Numbered from the stretch's first letter, positions 27,186-43,540 are shown. The stretch: 64,000 nucleotides of DNA from the human T2T-CHM13v2.0 reference genome, Homo sapiens (GCF_009914755.1 NC_060931.1), one strand, 5' to 3'. Notes: generated by a model from the sequence alone, not told the origin. A program made the numbers and translations.

Positions 27186-27420
27186 AGTGTTGGTCATATT
27201 AATATTCATTTAAAATGTGATTTCATTAGGAAGAAAACCCTTTGGCTGTATTTCTAATTTCAAGGATATCTCTATATATAGCTACAAATAGAATACAATG
27301 ATAAGAAAAGGAATAATGGAAAAGCATGTGATCCTCATTTAATCTGAGCATTTCATTGGAGAGAGTTATTTTATGTTTATAACATTGATGATAATTCATT
27401 GTGAAAAAATTGTGAAGTAC

Positions 27421-27560
27421 CTTGTAAAATATTAACCTCAACTTTAGTAATATGCAACTTATTTTTTTCAAAAAATAAGCACCGTCATTATCAAACACCC
27501 TAAGTTCTAGTCAACTGATGAATGGCCTAATAATACATTTGCCCTTGAAGGACTTATGCA
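27421..27560 (-). pseudogene. Fossil exon HKSFKGKCIIRPFIS*LELRVFDNDGAYFLKKISCILLKLRLIFYK, RhoGAP-like
   Basis: Weak acceptor atattacag, donor AAG|gtactt. One TGA. LKKISCILLKL resembles the RhoGAP LxYLxxFLxxV helix. Confidence 0.45.
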
Positions 27561-28429
27561 CTGTAATATTTTTAATGCATAAGGGAGTATAGATACACAT
27601 CTGCATAATCATTATAACTTTGTCATTTCAGTAGTCTGTTTCTATTTTCAATTCTATAAAAAGATAGATTTTGAGTTTTTTGCATACCATATAGTAGTAA
27701 ATCCAAAAGAGAAACAATAGTAGTCAATAGGTAGAGACATTAAGTATATGTTAAATGAAAAAGTTATTTAATAAATGGTTGCACATTTATAGGTAAAGAC
27801 TCATGATATTTCAACAACATTACAATCTTAAAGTTCCTTTTATTGACTATAACTTGGTGAAGATTTAATTAATGCATATTACATCTATTAACACATCTCC
27901 AATGTGTGTACATTAATAAAAACAAAAATTTCAACTTGGTTGTTTGAAATTCATCTTTTGGATCCAATGGATAAATTCTTTCAATATTTATCCCATTAGA
28001 ATTTTCAATATTTATCACCTGTTAGAATATTATCACCTGTTAGAATCACCTTTAGTAAAGACTTAGCAGTTTTTCTTTAGGAAACAATAGTACACAAGTG
28101 AATTTTCTTAGTACACATGAAACATTGGAAGTAGGCTATACAAGTTAATGAGAGAAAAGTTTAGCTTTTTTCTGACTTAGAAATCAGGGGAGCACAAGGA
28201 CAGAAATAAAAGTGTCTGAAGTTAAATAAAACCTTCAAACAAACAACTGTTCTCAGTAGAGTGCCAGAGGGAATTTGTATAGCTAAAAAAGACTAAAGTA
28301 TAGCAAATATTAAATTTAAAAGTAGCAAAAACTGAAAAATATTTAGCATATCTGGTTCAGACACAGTATTTTATCTATTATGGTAACAGTGCTCTCTTTA
28401 ATCTTAAGTCTCCCTTAAGAACATTTAAC

Positions 28430-28650
28430 TGTGAACTAGAAGAGTAATGCTCAAGGTCTGTTTCTAATAATTAGTAGTATTATGACCCTGGGCAATTCAC
28501 TCACTCTTTAGATTCAGTTTTTATCCTCTTTTAACTTCAGTTTTATTTTTTATTATTATGACAAAGTAATCATAAAAATACTTCTTATTCTTTCCTTAGG
28601 ATTATTGTGAGATCAAATAATTAGTTGGATGAAAGTGTATTGTAAATTTA
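28430..28650 (+). mobile_element. MIR
   Basis: tatgaccctgggcaattcactcactct...aggattattgtgagatcaaat. Confidence 0.6.
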
Positions 28651-29495
28651 TGTCAATGTTAATACCAGTTCAGACTTACACCCTGCATTTCTAATGAGTG
28701 AGGATCAGTTTGGGCATATGGGACAAAGAAGCAGTGGAAGACACTATGGGCCAGTCTTATCTAGGGAAGTGGGGGAATGATGCTACCACATTCAAGACTA
28801 TACATTCAGTGAAGAAATGTTTCCCTTTTCAATACAGAACATGTGTTGAACCTCAAACTGTGCGGCTCTTAAAGGACTTTAAGGGAAAAGAATCCTTCAT
28901 AAAGAAAGTCTTACTCTTGAATGTTCTTCTGCTTCAAGGCATTGGGGCCAGAGTGCTTCTTCCACACAAGTCAATTAGAGCTTCGATTTTCCTGTTTGCC
29001 TTTGGGCTCCATCATTTCTTAGTTGTATGGACTTGAAAAGGTTAATTCACTCTCTAAGCTTCATTACTCCTCTAGTAACGCTGACTGTCACAGTTAAGTT
29101 CAGAGAGTAGAACTTAATAGGACTTGATCATTAAGCAATTTTATTTTCCTCCCACTTCCTTTCAAACGACCTTGGTGCATTAGTTGTTAGTTACTTCTAA
29201 TATGGACTCTCACAGAAGTCCCATGACTTTTCCAGTTGCTCTTAGATTTAAAAAAAAGTCCTCAGTATGTTTCTAGTTAGAAGCATGCTCACTCTCATTT
29301 CATTACAATGTGAGTGCAATTGAACAATCAAAATTCCAACTTTCATTTGAGGTTCCAACATTCCCCTCCCACACCTTGAGTGTTCTGCAGGGTTGAAACA
29401 GAAGTGGGAGAGGTCAGTGTGATCTACTTCCCTATTCCCCCTTTTTCTGCTAATCCTCCTCTCCTTCCGATCCCCCAATCTCCCATCTTTCCACC

Positions 29496-30030
<535 letters not shown>

Positions 30031-30299
30031 CTACCCATTAGTTCACCCCTGGCTTCTCCAGTATTAGGATGGGTAAGGTGAGAGGAGAGATATGAGGAAA
30101 CGAACCATTGTGAAATGATATTTATCTTTTCTAGGCTTGGCAGGTGGTTGAAAGTTGACTTTCACCTTGGATATTTTTGGTTTCGCAGAGTTCACCCCCA
30201 AAGCTCCGTAAATGTCCAGGTAGACTCCCTGTGATGCAGCCAATGCATCTTTTCTGAGGTGGCTGGTCACTTCAGATTCCTCCTGAATTCAGGCCCCTG

Positions 30300-30530
30300 T
30301 TACCACCTTCTACTAGACCTTTCTTCCCCTACTCCATGGCTTTTTTTTGGCCAAAGTACTTTTCACAGTTTTACATATTTCCTTATTTTCTTTCCTTTTC
30401 TGTGAATATAAGATTTTAGAAGGCAAAGATTACCCATGTTATTCATTACTACATCTCCTATACCTGGAATTATGCCTGGCATGTAGAAAATGTTCAATAA
30501 ATATTTGTTGAATGAATGAGTGAATAAATG
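30300..30530 (+). mobile_element. L2 3' end
   Basis: tgcctggcatgtag...aataaatatttgttgaatgaatga. Confidence 0.75.
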
Positions 30531-30993
30531 AGCATTTGGAAGAAGATCCTCTGTATTGGGGATCCATCGCCTCTTACACAGCCCTGTTTGGTATAATCCA
30601 GACTAAGTTCTTGCTAGCTCCCATCAAAATATACATAACTAGTTCCCCCCAAACACTAACATTTGACAAGTGGAAGTGCAGCTACTTCCCAGTTTAACTC
30701 TCTGTACTGTTGCAGCAACTAGATAACCATAACCACAAACTCATATATTTGGACCTTCATAGATAACAGTCTGGCATCTGTCTCAATGTCTCATAAGGTA
30801 CAAAGTCAAGTTCCCTGAGTCTTAACATACCCTCTTGATGGCTTAAAATGTGGAATAAATATTTATCACTCGTCTCATATGAATACCACCACGATCCAAA
30901 GAAATTCAAGTACTTTCCCTCTCCCTCTCTAACCACTTAAATATTATTGATGTGGATGTTGAGGTGAGATGTGCAAAGCAGAACAACAGGCAC

Positions 30994-31123
30994 CTTCTTT
31001 GCCGTTTCTGCATAGGTGTGGTCAAACAACTTGTGGTCAAAAATTGCTTTGCTCTTTGACATCAGAGCCTCAGTCAAATTTGAGACAAGAGGAGTTCTAC
31101 TTTGAAATCCTGTTACATCTACT
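30994..31123 (-). pseudogene. Fossil exon VDVTGFQSRTPLVSNLTEALMSKSKAIFDHKLFDHTYAETAKK, RhoGAP-like
   Basis: Acceptor acttacttttcag, weak donor AAG|gtgcct. 43 open codons. AIFDHKLFD resembles RhoGAP PLFTxxLYD. Confidence 0.5.
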
Positions 31124-31739
31124 CTGAAAAGTAAGTAAGTGTGTAATGAGGTAAAATTAATCTATAGTTTAACAAAATGCTTAATATAAAAGAAATATTT
31201 CTTTCTCGAGTCTCTTCCTTAAACTCATTGCTTGCTGTTCCTACTACAATAAAAGATAGAATCTTAGCCCATAAATGCATGTCCTTAGAAATTTGTAAGT
31301 ATAGAAAAATAGCAAAATGACTAATAAATTCCTTTGAATATCCAAATAAGAAAAAAATGTATAAACAAGAAAAATCCCAAGATCATCATAAATACTTCAC
31401 ATGTAAATTAGAGTTATAGTATTTATTTTTCCCTGACAAGAATTTATTATCTCCTGTTACTAATTTTTAAATTTCCCTTTAGATGTGCAAGCTAGGCAAT
31501 TTTAACTTGTCAGAGTCACATAAATTACTGACTCACTTTAACAGCAAAAGCTATTTTCTGGTTTCTAGTGATTAGACCTAAAATACATTTTATAGCAAAG
31601 TATGAGATTAAATAGTTTCACCTCTAAATGTGGTATGCATGTGCTTCTTGTATCCTCCTTAAAAATTAACTATTCATGTTTAGTAGAGAGGAAATTCACC
31701 AGGGACAAAGCACCGCAGATGAGCTCATTCTCCTGTTAC

Positions 31740-31868
31740 CTTGATGTATGGAATTATTCCCCCAGGTCCAAATCTAATCAAATGTGACCACAATTCATCT
31801 AATACTTTCTTCCAGATCTGTGCAGCCTTTGCAGTATTACCAAATAATGAATTCTTCTACAGAGACAC
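31740..31868 (-). pseudogene. Fossil exon VSL*KNSLFGNTAKAAQIWKKVLDELWSHLIRFGPGGIIPYIK, RhoGAP-like
   Basis: Acceptor gattttcctatag, donor AAG|gtaaca. 129 nt, phase 0-0, a single stop. Confidence 0.55.
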
Positions 31869-32146
31869 CTATAGGAAAATCCTTCAATAATCAAGTAATT
31901 CTTGAGAGAAATATATTTTATTGTGAGGTTACGAGTAGCTTTATTTGAATTTTCAGTATTCTAGGAACTTGGCAGATTACCTGAGTGTAATAGGATGGAA
32001 TGAAAGATGAAGTTAAAAAAAAAATTCCCAAATGTTAGGAACATTTACAAGTTGAAATAAATAACATGCATTAGAAAATATAAAATAGCACAATTGTTTG
32101 TGTATACCATTTGGCAAAGCTCTTCATTGTTTCAAAATATACTTAC

Positions 32147-32308
32147 CAATAAGAATTGTCAATATCTATGGATCTTATATCTCAAATGCCTTTATAACAA
32201 AGGCACTCTGGAGGTATCCCAATTCTATGTATTTTGAGAACTTGTTTGAAGACTTAGGGCAAACGTCTTAAGAGGGATGCCAAGTAAATAGCTGTCTTCC
32301 ATTTTCAC
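32147..32308 (-). pseudogene. Fossil exon VKMEDSYLLGIPLKTFALSLQ...RVP.., RhoGAP N-terminus-like
   Basis: Acceptor ttgtttttgatacag, donor TTG|gtaagt. 162 nt. LGIPL...VP resembles RhoGAP FGVPL...VP. Stops in all frames. Confidence 0.55.
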
Positions 32309-32619
32309 CTGTATCAAAAACAATGTACTCAAAGGAACTTTTTATGAGTGTCAACAATTCTTCCATATCGTGTTCCAATAGTCCACACCATGTTTCATAA
32401 TGCACATTCCTTGAAACCCCTTTGGGATCTTTGTGACAGTTTAGTTAAGTCAAAATTCAAACATCTATCTCCAGTCAGCCATGTTCTGGAGCCCATGATC
32501 CAAATAAGACTCATGCCCAGCCTTCCCACCAGCTGGGCTTTTGTAGGAACACTGCTTTAATGTAATAGTGGCCATAGTGCAGTGATGAGCCGTAGACCTA
32601 ACAATATGTTATAGTAATT

Positions 32620-32830
32620 GAAAATCACCATCTTTGGGGCCAGAGCAACCCAAGTTCAAGTTCTAGCTCATGAATTTACAAGCTGGGTGACCCTGGGAAA
32701 TTGTTATAATCTATATAATAAGCCTCAGTTGCCTGTCTGATGGGAAAAGGAAATCAGATATTTAAAGTGTTTACTATGCTTCCTTGTACATACTACAAAA
32801 TAAATGTTAGTCATCAATATGTCTGTTACT
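32620..32830 (+). mobile_element. MIR fragment
   Basis: agttcaagttctagctc...gtgaccctgggaaa...agcctcagtt. Confidence 0.65.
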
Positions 32831-33337
32831 ATTAAAATAATCATAATATGGTAATAAATCATGGCCCAGACAATCACAGGTTTTGAGGGTGGACCAGCAT
32901 GAAATAGCAGTGTCCTGGCAGACAGAAGGAGAGAGCCAAGTAGCAGAGAAATTAAAAGCAGACAATATTTAGCAATTCAGTGAGGCAGGAGGCATTAGGA
33001 ATATTTGGCAGTAGTAAGCAAGTTTTTGGCCAAAGACCTGGGTTTCAGATTCAGGGCTGTCTGTGCTTTGTTTCACAGGAAAGGGTAAGTAGATTTAATA
33101 AAAGATGATGAGAGATGCTTCCTAGAAAAATTGGAAGACAGTAATTTAGACACAGGGAACAAATCTGGTAACCAAAAACAGGAGAAAAGCACTAATGTAG
33201 CAACCCTACCAAACCAACACCTAGTTTCTAAAGTTTGGTAGGGTTGACATGATGGTGAGTTTTTTGATGTCCTGAGATACCTGAAACTGGTCAGGGAAAG
33301 TCCCTGAGTTTTAGATACGGATATGCCTGTATGTGTC

Positions 33338-33962
33338 TGTTCTGTGCGGGAAACACACAAGGCAAGAAGAAAAGGCACACATACAATACCTTTAAGGGTA
33401 AACAAGATTTATCCCAAGTAAATGGCAATGGGATATATTAAGCAAATGATATAATAAGCAAAGTAATATAATAAGCAAATGATAAGCAAATTGCAATGGG
33501 AAGGGGGAAAGGAAAAGGTATATGTATATATTTACACACACACACACACACACACACACGTACTCTCACCAGACTATGGAGGATTCACCACCAGACTGGG
33601 AAGCAACAGCCTGGGCTCCAGAGTCAGCCACCTGTCCATGCACAGATGAGGAGAGGTCTCATGAAGATTCGGCGCAGTCTGGGACCCTAACTTTTTTTGT
33701 AATAAGTTGCTTGGCATGAGGCCCAGTCGCGAGGGCCCTTTGTGACTTGGCTTAATGAACACAAAAACGTTAACTTGTTTTTTCGATTGTCTATTGCTTT
33801 TCAATAACTAATGTATCGGAATAGATTGAAATAGAGATTTCTCCAAAATAGCACTGGATGAACGCCTCAAGGGGCCCACATAACCTGCTCCGGGACGTGG
33901 TGATCATTGTTTGTGTCCATGTTCAATTGAGTTCAAATTTAATATTTAATGTTTCCTCCACA
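33338..33962 (-). mobile_element. ERV1-class solo LTR (PABL_A-like)
   Basis: TG...CA ends with a 5-bp TSD gtgtc. The minus strand begins tgtggaggaaacattaaatattaaatttgaactc. Internal (CA)n. Family name recalled, not searched. Confidence 0.75.
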
Positions 33963-34349
33963 GTGTCACAGGGGGAAGGATGAGGGAGAACACTAAGCAT
34001 TATTTTGAGGAAAGCATGACTATGGGGATAGGTTCTGACAGTAATCTTGCTATATTGCTGTACAGCTCCCAAGTTTTAGAATAGTGATAAAGAGATGTTC
34101 AATAATTTTTAAATTAAATCTGTATATCACACATTTGCTGCCCCCACCTACACAGGCTGATCATGGGGGCATAATGTTAATTCAGTTTTGACACCAATTT
34201 CCCAAAGGAATCCATTCATTTCTTTAATTAGTTTTTAGAAAAGACCAAAGTATACAGTCATGGTGGAAAGAAGAAGGTATTGCATGGCTCACCTAGCAAT
34301 TTCCTAGGTTTCTTTCTGTTCTTCCTTCTTCCCAAGTATTTTTATGTTT

Positions 34350-35260
34350 ATATTTTTTTCATTTTTATAGTGATAAAATACACAACATAAAATTTGCCAC
34401 GAGTGGCATTTAGTACATTCACAGTGCTGTGCAATCATTACCACTATCTAATTCTGGAATATTTTCATCGCGGCAAAAAGAAACCCAATACCAACTACAA
34501 TCTGTTTTATGTCTCTATGAAATTGCCTACTCATGATTTCATAATGGCATCATACAATATGTAACCTTTTATATCATGCTTCTTTCACTTTGCTTATTAT
34601 TTTCAAAGTCCATCTATGCTGTAGCATGTATCAGGACTTTGTTTATTGCTGAACCATATTCCATTGTATATATGTATCACATTTTATTTATGCATTCGGC
34701 AATAGATAAATTTTTTTTTTCATCTTTTGGCAATTATGAATAGTGCTGCTATGAATATTTGTGAACAAGTTTCGTTTGCACTCCTGATTTCAAATCTTTT
34801 GGATATATACTCAGGAGCTGAATTTCTAGATCATATGGTAATTCTATATTTAACTTATCAAGGACAATTGCACAGTTTTATATTCACATCAGCAATGTAC
34901 AAGGGCTCCAATTTCTCCACATTCTTGATAACACACTATTATTTTCCACTTTTTGTTTGTTTGTTTTTAATTAAAGTCATCCTAGTAGATATCATCTATG
35001 ATGTGAGATTTCAATTTACTTTTGATTTGCATTTCCCAAATGGTGAATAATGTTAAGTTTGTTGGCCATTTCTGTATTTTACTAAGAGAAACATTTACTC
35101 AAGTCCTTGGCCCATTTTTAAATTGAGTTGTCTTTTTGTTGTTGAGCTGTAAGTTTTCTTTATATATTCTAGATACTAGACCCTTATGAGATACATGGTT
35201 TGCAAATACTTTCCCCCATTCTGTGGACTGTCTTTTTGCTTTCTTGATAATGTTCTTTAT
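34350..35260 (-). mobile_element. L1MB-type 3' fragment
   Basis: gtggcatttagtacattcacagtgctgtgcaa...gatactagacccttat. Confidence 0.88.
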
Positions 35261-36035
35261 TCCTGTCTTTGATGTTTTACCTCCAATGTCTTCTTTCTCT
35301 ACTACCTCTCAGGAACAAATATGTTCCTTCCTCGGATGTGAATGAGAAGTTCCTCCACACTCTTTATAACCAAAACAACAGTCCAAATACAGTCAGGCAC
35401 TGTGGAGCTTAGGCTTCATTAGGGATATTCTATTATCTCAAAAAAGATAGGTCTGCACAAAGAGAAATTTTATACCAGCAGCTAAGAAAATAAAGTATAT
35501 TACATATTTTTTTCAGTAATGGAAGTTTCCTATACAGAGCAAGAATTCTTTTCTTTCAAAACATTATACAAAATGATACTGCTATTATAATATAGTTATT
35601 CCTAGCAAAGAAGTGGATTCAATGGTGATTTGGGTTTTAAACAATTGATAACTTGTCCTGGGAGCATTAAAAACCCTGATATAGACACATGAAATATAAT
35701 TCTTGCAGATTCAACACTATGGGTAAATCCTATCTGCAGAAGAACAGCCGTATTACAGAGTAGTTGTCTAGAAGTCTTCAACTACATGGTAGAATTAGAT
35801 CAAGTGTGAAATATTAGATACCCAGACAATTGAAAACAAGATGGGCTTAAAAATTTATACTAGCTTGTGTATTCATCCTCAACCATAAATAAATAAAACA
35901 AAAATGTAGACTTTATAATTCTAGATGGAAACATGGAGTCTTTTTTTACTATCATTTCCTCTAGTTTCAAAATATGTTTAAGTCCATCTTTATTCTTGTG
36001 CTATATAAAGAACATGCTTTTTGACATGTCTTTAC

Positions 36036-36077
36036 TTTAGCATTGTCTGCTTTTCTGAACTGGTTTGATAGCAGTAC
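36036..36077 (-). pseudogene. Candidate fossil exon YCYQTSSEKQTML(K)
   Basis: Acceptor atttattctttag, donor AAA|gtaaag. 42 nt, open in phase 2-2. Confidence 0.3.
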
Positions 36078-36725
36078 CTAAAGAATAAATATCTGATATC
36101 ATTCACAGACAGGGGCAGAGCAGATAATGTAAATATAAACTTATTACTTCCTTAAGGATCAGCTGTTTTTGGTTGGTTTCATATCTGTATTCTGTCATTC
36201 TGTATTCTGTATATCTGTATTTCATGTCTGTATCTGTATTCCCCCAACAATTCTGGGTGAATATTTGTTTATTTCTATGAAATTTATTTGTTTGAATGCA
36301 ATGTTTTCATCAGCTGTGAAAGTATGATTTGAACATGTAATATTACATATAAGCTGAATTTTAGCATCATTAATGAAACAAATTTGGTTCCACAGTTTTT
36401 AATCTTCCAAAATTTTAATCAGATCTATGTAGCTACATACTTTTCTGCAATAATACGTATGTATTCATATGTACATATGTATACACATGTACACATACAC
36501 TTACATGTACATATAGTGTACTCTAGTAGATTGAATGATAGCTCCCAAAAGTATATGTTCAAATTGTAACTCTTGGTAACTCTGAATGTAACCTTTTTTG
36601 AAAAAAAGGTCTTTGCAGATGCAATTAACTTAATGGTCTTAAGATAAGATCATCTTGGATTACCTGGGTGAACCCAAAACCCAATCACTGGTGTCTTTAC
36701 AAAAGTGAATCATAGGTGTATCATA

Positions 36726-37052
36726 CAGATACTCCTCAACTTATGATGGGGTTACATCCCCATCAAACCTCATTGTAAGTTGAAAAATCATAAGTCAAAA
36801 ATTGCATTTAATACACCTAATGTATGAGACATCATGGCTTGGTCTAGCCAACCTTAAATGTGCTGATAACACTTACCTTAGACTACACTTGGACAAAATC
36901 GTCTAACACAAACCTATCTTATAAAAAAGTTATAAAAAATTTGAATCAAAATTTAATATTCAAAGTATGGTTTCTACTGAACATGTATCACTTTCACATG
37001 ATCATAAAGTAAAATAATGAGTTGAGCTATCATAAGTTGGGGACAATCTTAC
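36726..37052. mobile_element. MER47/Tigger5-type DNA transposon nested in MLT1
   Basis: TIR-like ends cagatactcctcaacttatgat ... atcataagttggggacaatct. Confidence 0.75.
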
Positions 37053-37656
37053 AGACAAAAAAAAAAAAAGAAGAAGATGATGTAAAGGCAGAGGTAAAGA
37101 TTGTAATAATGCCCTTATTAGCTAAGGCGTGCCAAAGATTGCTGACAGCCAACAGAAGCCAGAAGAGCCAGAGCCATATGTATGTGTGTGTGTATACATG
37201 TATATATGTCAGAATATAGATTCTGTAATAATGTTTTATATATACATAAAATGTTTTATATATATAATTTTCCCTATCTATGTAAATTTCTGTTGTTCAA
37301 GTCCACTAAGTTTATGTTATTAATAGCTTTCTTACAGCATTCTTAGGAAACTAATAAAAATTTTCATACTGGGAAGTGGCTCTGGAATTAGATAATGGTT
37401 AGGGGCTTGGAGAATTTTGTGGCACATTAAAAAAGCCTAGATTTTTCTTGAAGATATTCTTGGTAGAAACATAGACATTAAAGGTGTTTCTGGTGAGATC
37501 TCATAAGGACATGAAGAGCATAATATTGAACACTGGAGAAAAATGTCTCCTGTTATAAGTAAGAAGACAACTTGGTTGAATTGTTTTCTGCTGGGTGGTA
37601 AACAGAACTTGTAAGCAGTGGAGTGGGTATTTAATTGAACAAATTTGCAAAGAAGG

Positions 37657-38105
37657 TGTTGTCAACCTAAAATAACAACAGAATGAGGGGCTCTTATAAA
37701 ATGAATTTACTCAGGAATGGATAAGAGATTAAATCTGGGAAGATACTTGCCATGAAGAACCATAAAGGGCCATAGGTGTACCCACAGAGGCAAAGCAAGG
37801 CAAGGGTTTTTAAAGACAGAATAAGAAGAGTTATTTTGAAATATTTGTTCTTGGCTACGGGGATCAAAGGCTGAACAGGCATCAGTTTGAAGGCTGGACA
37901 GGCAGTTGCTGGGCAGATGTCCTCGCAGAAGTATTCTTCGTGTAAGGCTGTGGTGACCATTGGGAAAGACTGTGTTTTTCAGAGAATCCTTGTACTATTT
38001 TATCACAGGCATATGTGCATGAGAGCCTTTCCTGTATGGCCTCCCAGCTCTATTTTTGTTAGGGATTTGCGTAAGTGACTCCATTTTGATTCTGACAACT
38101 TTTTT
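37657..38105 (-). mobile_element. ERV1-like solo LTR nested in the MLT1 internal region
   Basis: tgttgtcaacctaaaataac...gtgactccattttgattctgacaact. Confidence 0.55.
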
Positions 38106-39073
38106 AGTGTTAATTATGTGCCTTGGTTTCTCCTTATTGCATATAGCAAAATGTGAGAAGAAAGAGATAAACTCAGGAAAGAACTGTTAATCAAAGTAGA
38201 ATTGGCACTGAATTCTTTGGATGGGTTTCTAACTTGTGCAGATTTTAAAGTATGCTAAACTAGGCTGTTTACTGTTAGGAAAGCATTCTCTGGAGAAAGG
38301 TTCAAGTATGTGTCAGGACAACTTTTGCTGAAGGAATTGGGTGTATGACTCCTGGATCCAATCAACCCTCTCAACAAAAGCCAGTAATAGGGCTGGAATT
38401 TTCTAGGAAGAATGTGTGGAGAACGCTCTTGTCTAATAGTATGTACACCCATGGCTTACATGGGAGACAGACAAGATGTTTGAGACTGCTGTTTTAGCAG
38501 AAACACTGCCAGCTTGGACAAAAGAGGACAGAGACAGAATAAAATGAAGAATGGGTGTTGGGCTTTTGAGATTCTATAGGAAGTGAGCTTATAGGGATCA
38601 TTGATTTGAAAATATATGCTACCTTTCTAGAAACAAAATGACTCCAAGGGCAAAGCCAAGGATGCAGACACAGAGGCCGGAGGGGTGGGTACAGAGGGGT
38701 ATGGAGCCTGCTGCTGCCAGAACTTCTGTGAGATAATACATTTTTTGTTATTTTACATTACCAAGTTTGTAGTAATTTGTTATGGCAGCCTCAGGAAACA
38801 AATGCATTCATATTTCCTGAAATTTTCATTCTAATTGGCATTCTATTTTAGATAACACTTTAAACCATCTTCCCAACAGAATGTGTGACTGGCAATTTCT
38901 TTCTCTCTCTCTCAACTTCTCTCCCTCTCCTTCCGTCCCTCTCCCTTTCTTGTGTACATGTAAAAGCTAGATAAAAAGCAGAGTAGAAGATAATATGGTA
39001 TCATGAAAATAATTTTTGAATTAAAGTCAAACTAGTTTTAAAGTCTACTCCCTCACTTACTGTGTAAACTTGA

Positions 39074-39365
<292 letters not shown>

Positions 39366-39892
39366 ATAGAAATAATAATAATGAAGTTGAGAAGAGATTT
39401 AAGGTAAGAAAATATATTATATTTAAATTGGCAGGCACAATGCATAATTCCTCCTCTTTCCTTTATGCCAGTAGGAACATTATGTTATGAAAATCATTAC
39501 AACTTTTGAATAAATAAAGCAGTTTTAATTGATATGACAATTAAGAGAGATTGATCAGAAAAGTGGATCTTTTGCAGTCATTGCAAAGCCTGCAGTGATA
39601 TAGATGCAAATACTTATGGCCCCCGGGACTTTATTGAAGGACTATTTTTGAGAATGGCTTCTTGTTAAACTTCCAAGTAGAAAAAATGCTGCACATTCAG
39701 AGGAAAATAAATTATTGAATCAATGGGAAAGAGAAAAATTAATTTTATTAATTCTGTCTGCATTATCTGATCCTGATTATTTAATTAAAACATACTGAAA
39801 ACCTCCTGGATTCCCAAATGACTTTAATGATTAATAAATATCTTTATTTATGCTCTTTGCTCATATTTGGTTTCATTTCTGAAGACACTTAC

Positions 39893-39968
39893 AGTGGGTA
39901 CGTGCCAAGGTTTTCATCTCTCTGGCGGTAGAGCCCTGTTAGCTTCACATGGGGCATGGTAAGGATAC
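39893..39968 (-). pseudogene. Fossil exon (G)ILTMPHVKLTGLYRQRDENLGTYP(L), PH-like
   Basis: Acceptor catctttttaag, donor ACT|gtaagt. 76 nt, open, phase 1-2. Confidence 0.5.
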
Positions 39969-40036
39969 CTTAAAAAGATGTATCTATTTTTATTGATTGC
40001 TTCTGCAACTTACATTTGCTCCCTTTATGCATGTAC

Positions 40037-40082
40037 CAAAATTCTGAAGTTGAAAAACTGATTATTTAAAATTATCGTCATC
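40037..40082 (-). pseudogene. Fossil exon DDDNFK*SVFQLQNF(G), PH beta2-like
   Basis: Acceptor gaggttttag, donor TTG|gtacat. In frame with the next exon; similar to SFRAGFWILQSSGL at 47.2 kb. Confidence 0.4.
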
Positions 40083-40289
40083 CTAAAACCTCAAATAATT
40101 TTGAAATAATTTTGTAGTAAAATTTCCTGAAGGGTAAAGAAGAGTCATCTACCACTTTATGCAATTTCTTTTAACTATTTCTATTCCCAATTTAAAACTA
40201 GTTTTAAAATATTGACTCTACATTGTTTTCTCTTCCCCAGATATCTCAACCCTAGTTGTACATTAGAGTCAGAATGCCTGGAGTTGGGA

Positions 40290-41240
40290 CATAGTATTAT
40301 AAATAAAAGTAAAGAAAATTGTGTGATGTATTTCCACATAACCAACTTCAACAACAAATTTATGGCCAATCTTGTTTCATCTGTTCCTTGTTTCATCTGT
40401 CCACCCAATTATGGATTATGCTGAACCATATCTAAGTCATCAAATAATTTCTTGTGGGAATAGTTTACACAGATATTTCATATAGAAACTATTTGAAACA
40501 AAACCATAACATTTTTATCATATGTAAAGTAACAATAATTCCTTAGTATCATCAAATATGAGTACTCATATTCCCCTGAATATCTTGTAACAATTTTGTA
40601 TAATTTCTTTTAATTTGAATTCAAATAATATTTATACTTTGCAATTGACAGATACAATTTGTCATTTCTATAGAATCCCCTTCTATATCTCTTTATTTGT
40701 TTGCTATTTAGGTGTTGAAGAAATGTTTGATATGGTCCAATATAGTTGCTCCTAGCCACAGTTAGCTATTAAATTTCAATCAGTTAATAGTAAAAAGAAT
40801 ACAAGATTGAATTACATACAATGTACAATGTTAGAGCAGGCACACTTGCATATTTCAAGTGTTTCATAGCCCCATGTGGCTACTGGCTACTGTATTAAAG
40901 AATGCAGAAAAAGACCAATTCCATTACTGCACAAATTTCTTAGAGTGCACTGCTGTCATTTCCCAATGTAAGTTTTATTTTCCGATTCTACCCCTATATG
41001 TCAGTTAATCTGATATAATCCCTCTACTTCCTGTAAATTGATAGTCATATTTAGATCTTGATTAGATTTATATTCAATATTTTGCCCAAACTATGACATA
41101 ATCCACCTACATCAGGAGGTACATGGTATCTGGTTGTTTCTTTTTTGTGATGTCAGTAGTCACTGATGATTGTTGTCTGGTTTTAATAAAAATGATATAT
41201 TTTGATTTTCTCTGTAATTGTCATACTTTCTTCTTTGTTC
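40290..41240 (-). mobile_element. Old L1ME/MC 3' fragment with nested MER3/MER33-type MITE (about 40735-40955)
   Basis: ttatggccaatcttgtttcatct; gccccatgtggctactggctactgtatt. Confidence 0.65.
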
Positions 41241-41248
41241 CTATACGA

Positions 41249-41665
<417 letters not shown>

Positions 41666-41799
41666 CTGGGAGAATAAAAAAAGCAGCTAATGATCTCACA
41701 TTGTTTGTAGATTTTAGCTTACATTTTGTATTAATTTGTTCAAGAGACAGAGATCCTATCTTTCTGGGTAGTCAATTACTTTATTTTTATTCATTTATA

Positions 41800-43540
<1,741 letters not shown>

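Larger units (their letters stand above)
36515..38805 (+). mobile_element. MLT1 LTR plus internal sequence with nested elements
   Basis: MLT1 LTR motifs (ggtctttgcagatgcaatt; gtaatttgttatggcagcc) flanking MaLR-internal-like sequence. Confidence 0.75.

Noticed and set aside
28698-29036. 112-aa plus-strand ORF in unique sequence with an acceptor-like site
   Set aside because: Opposite strand to the neighbouring exons, no donor and no motif; probably chance.
31740-32308. Alternative reading as an RGS domain (VSVEEF...)
   Set aside because: The RhoGAP pattern fits four consecutive exons in order; the RGS-like bits lie in inconsistent frames.
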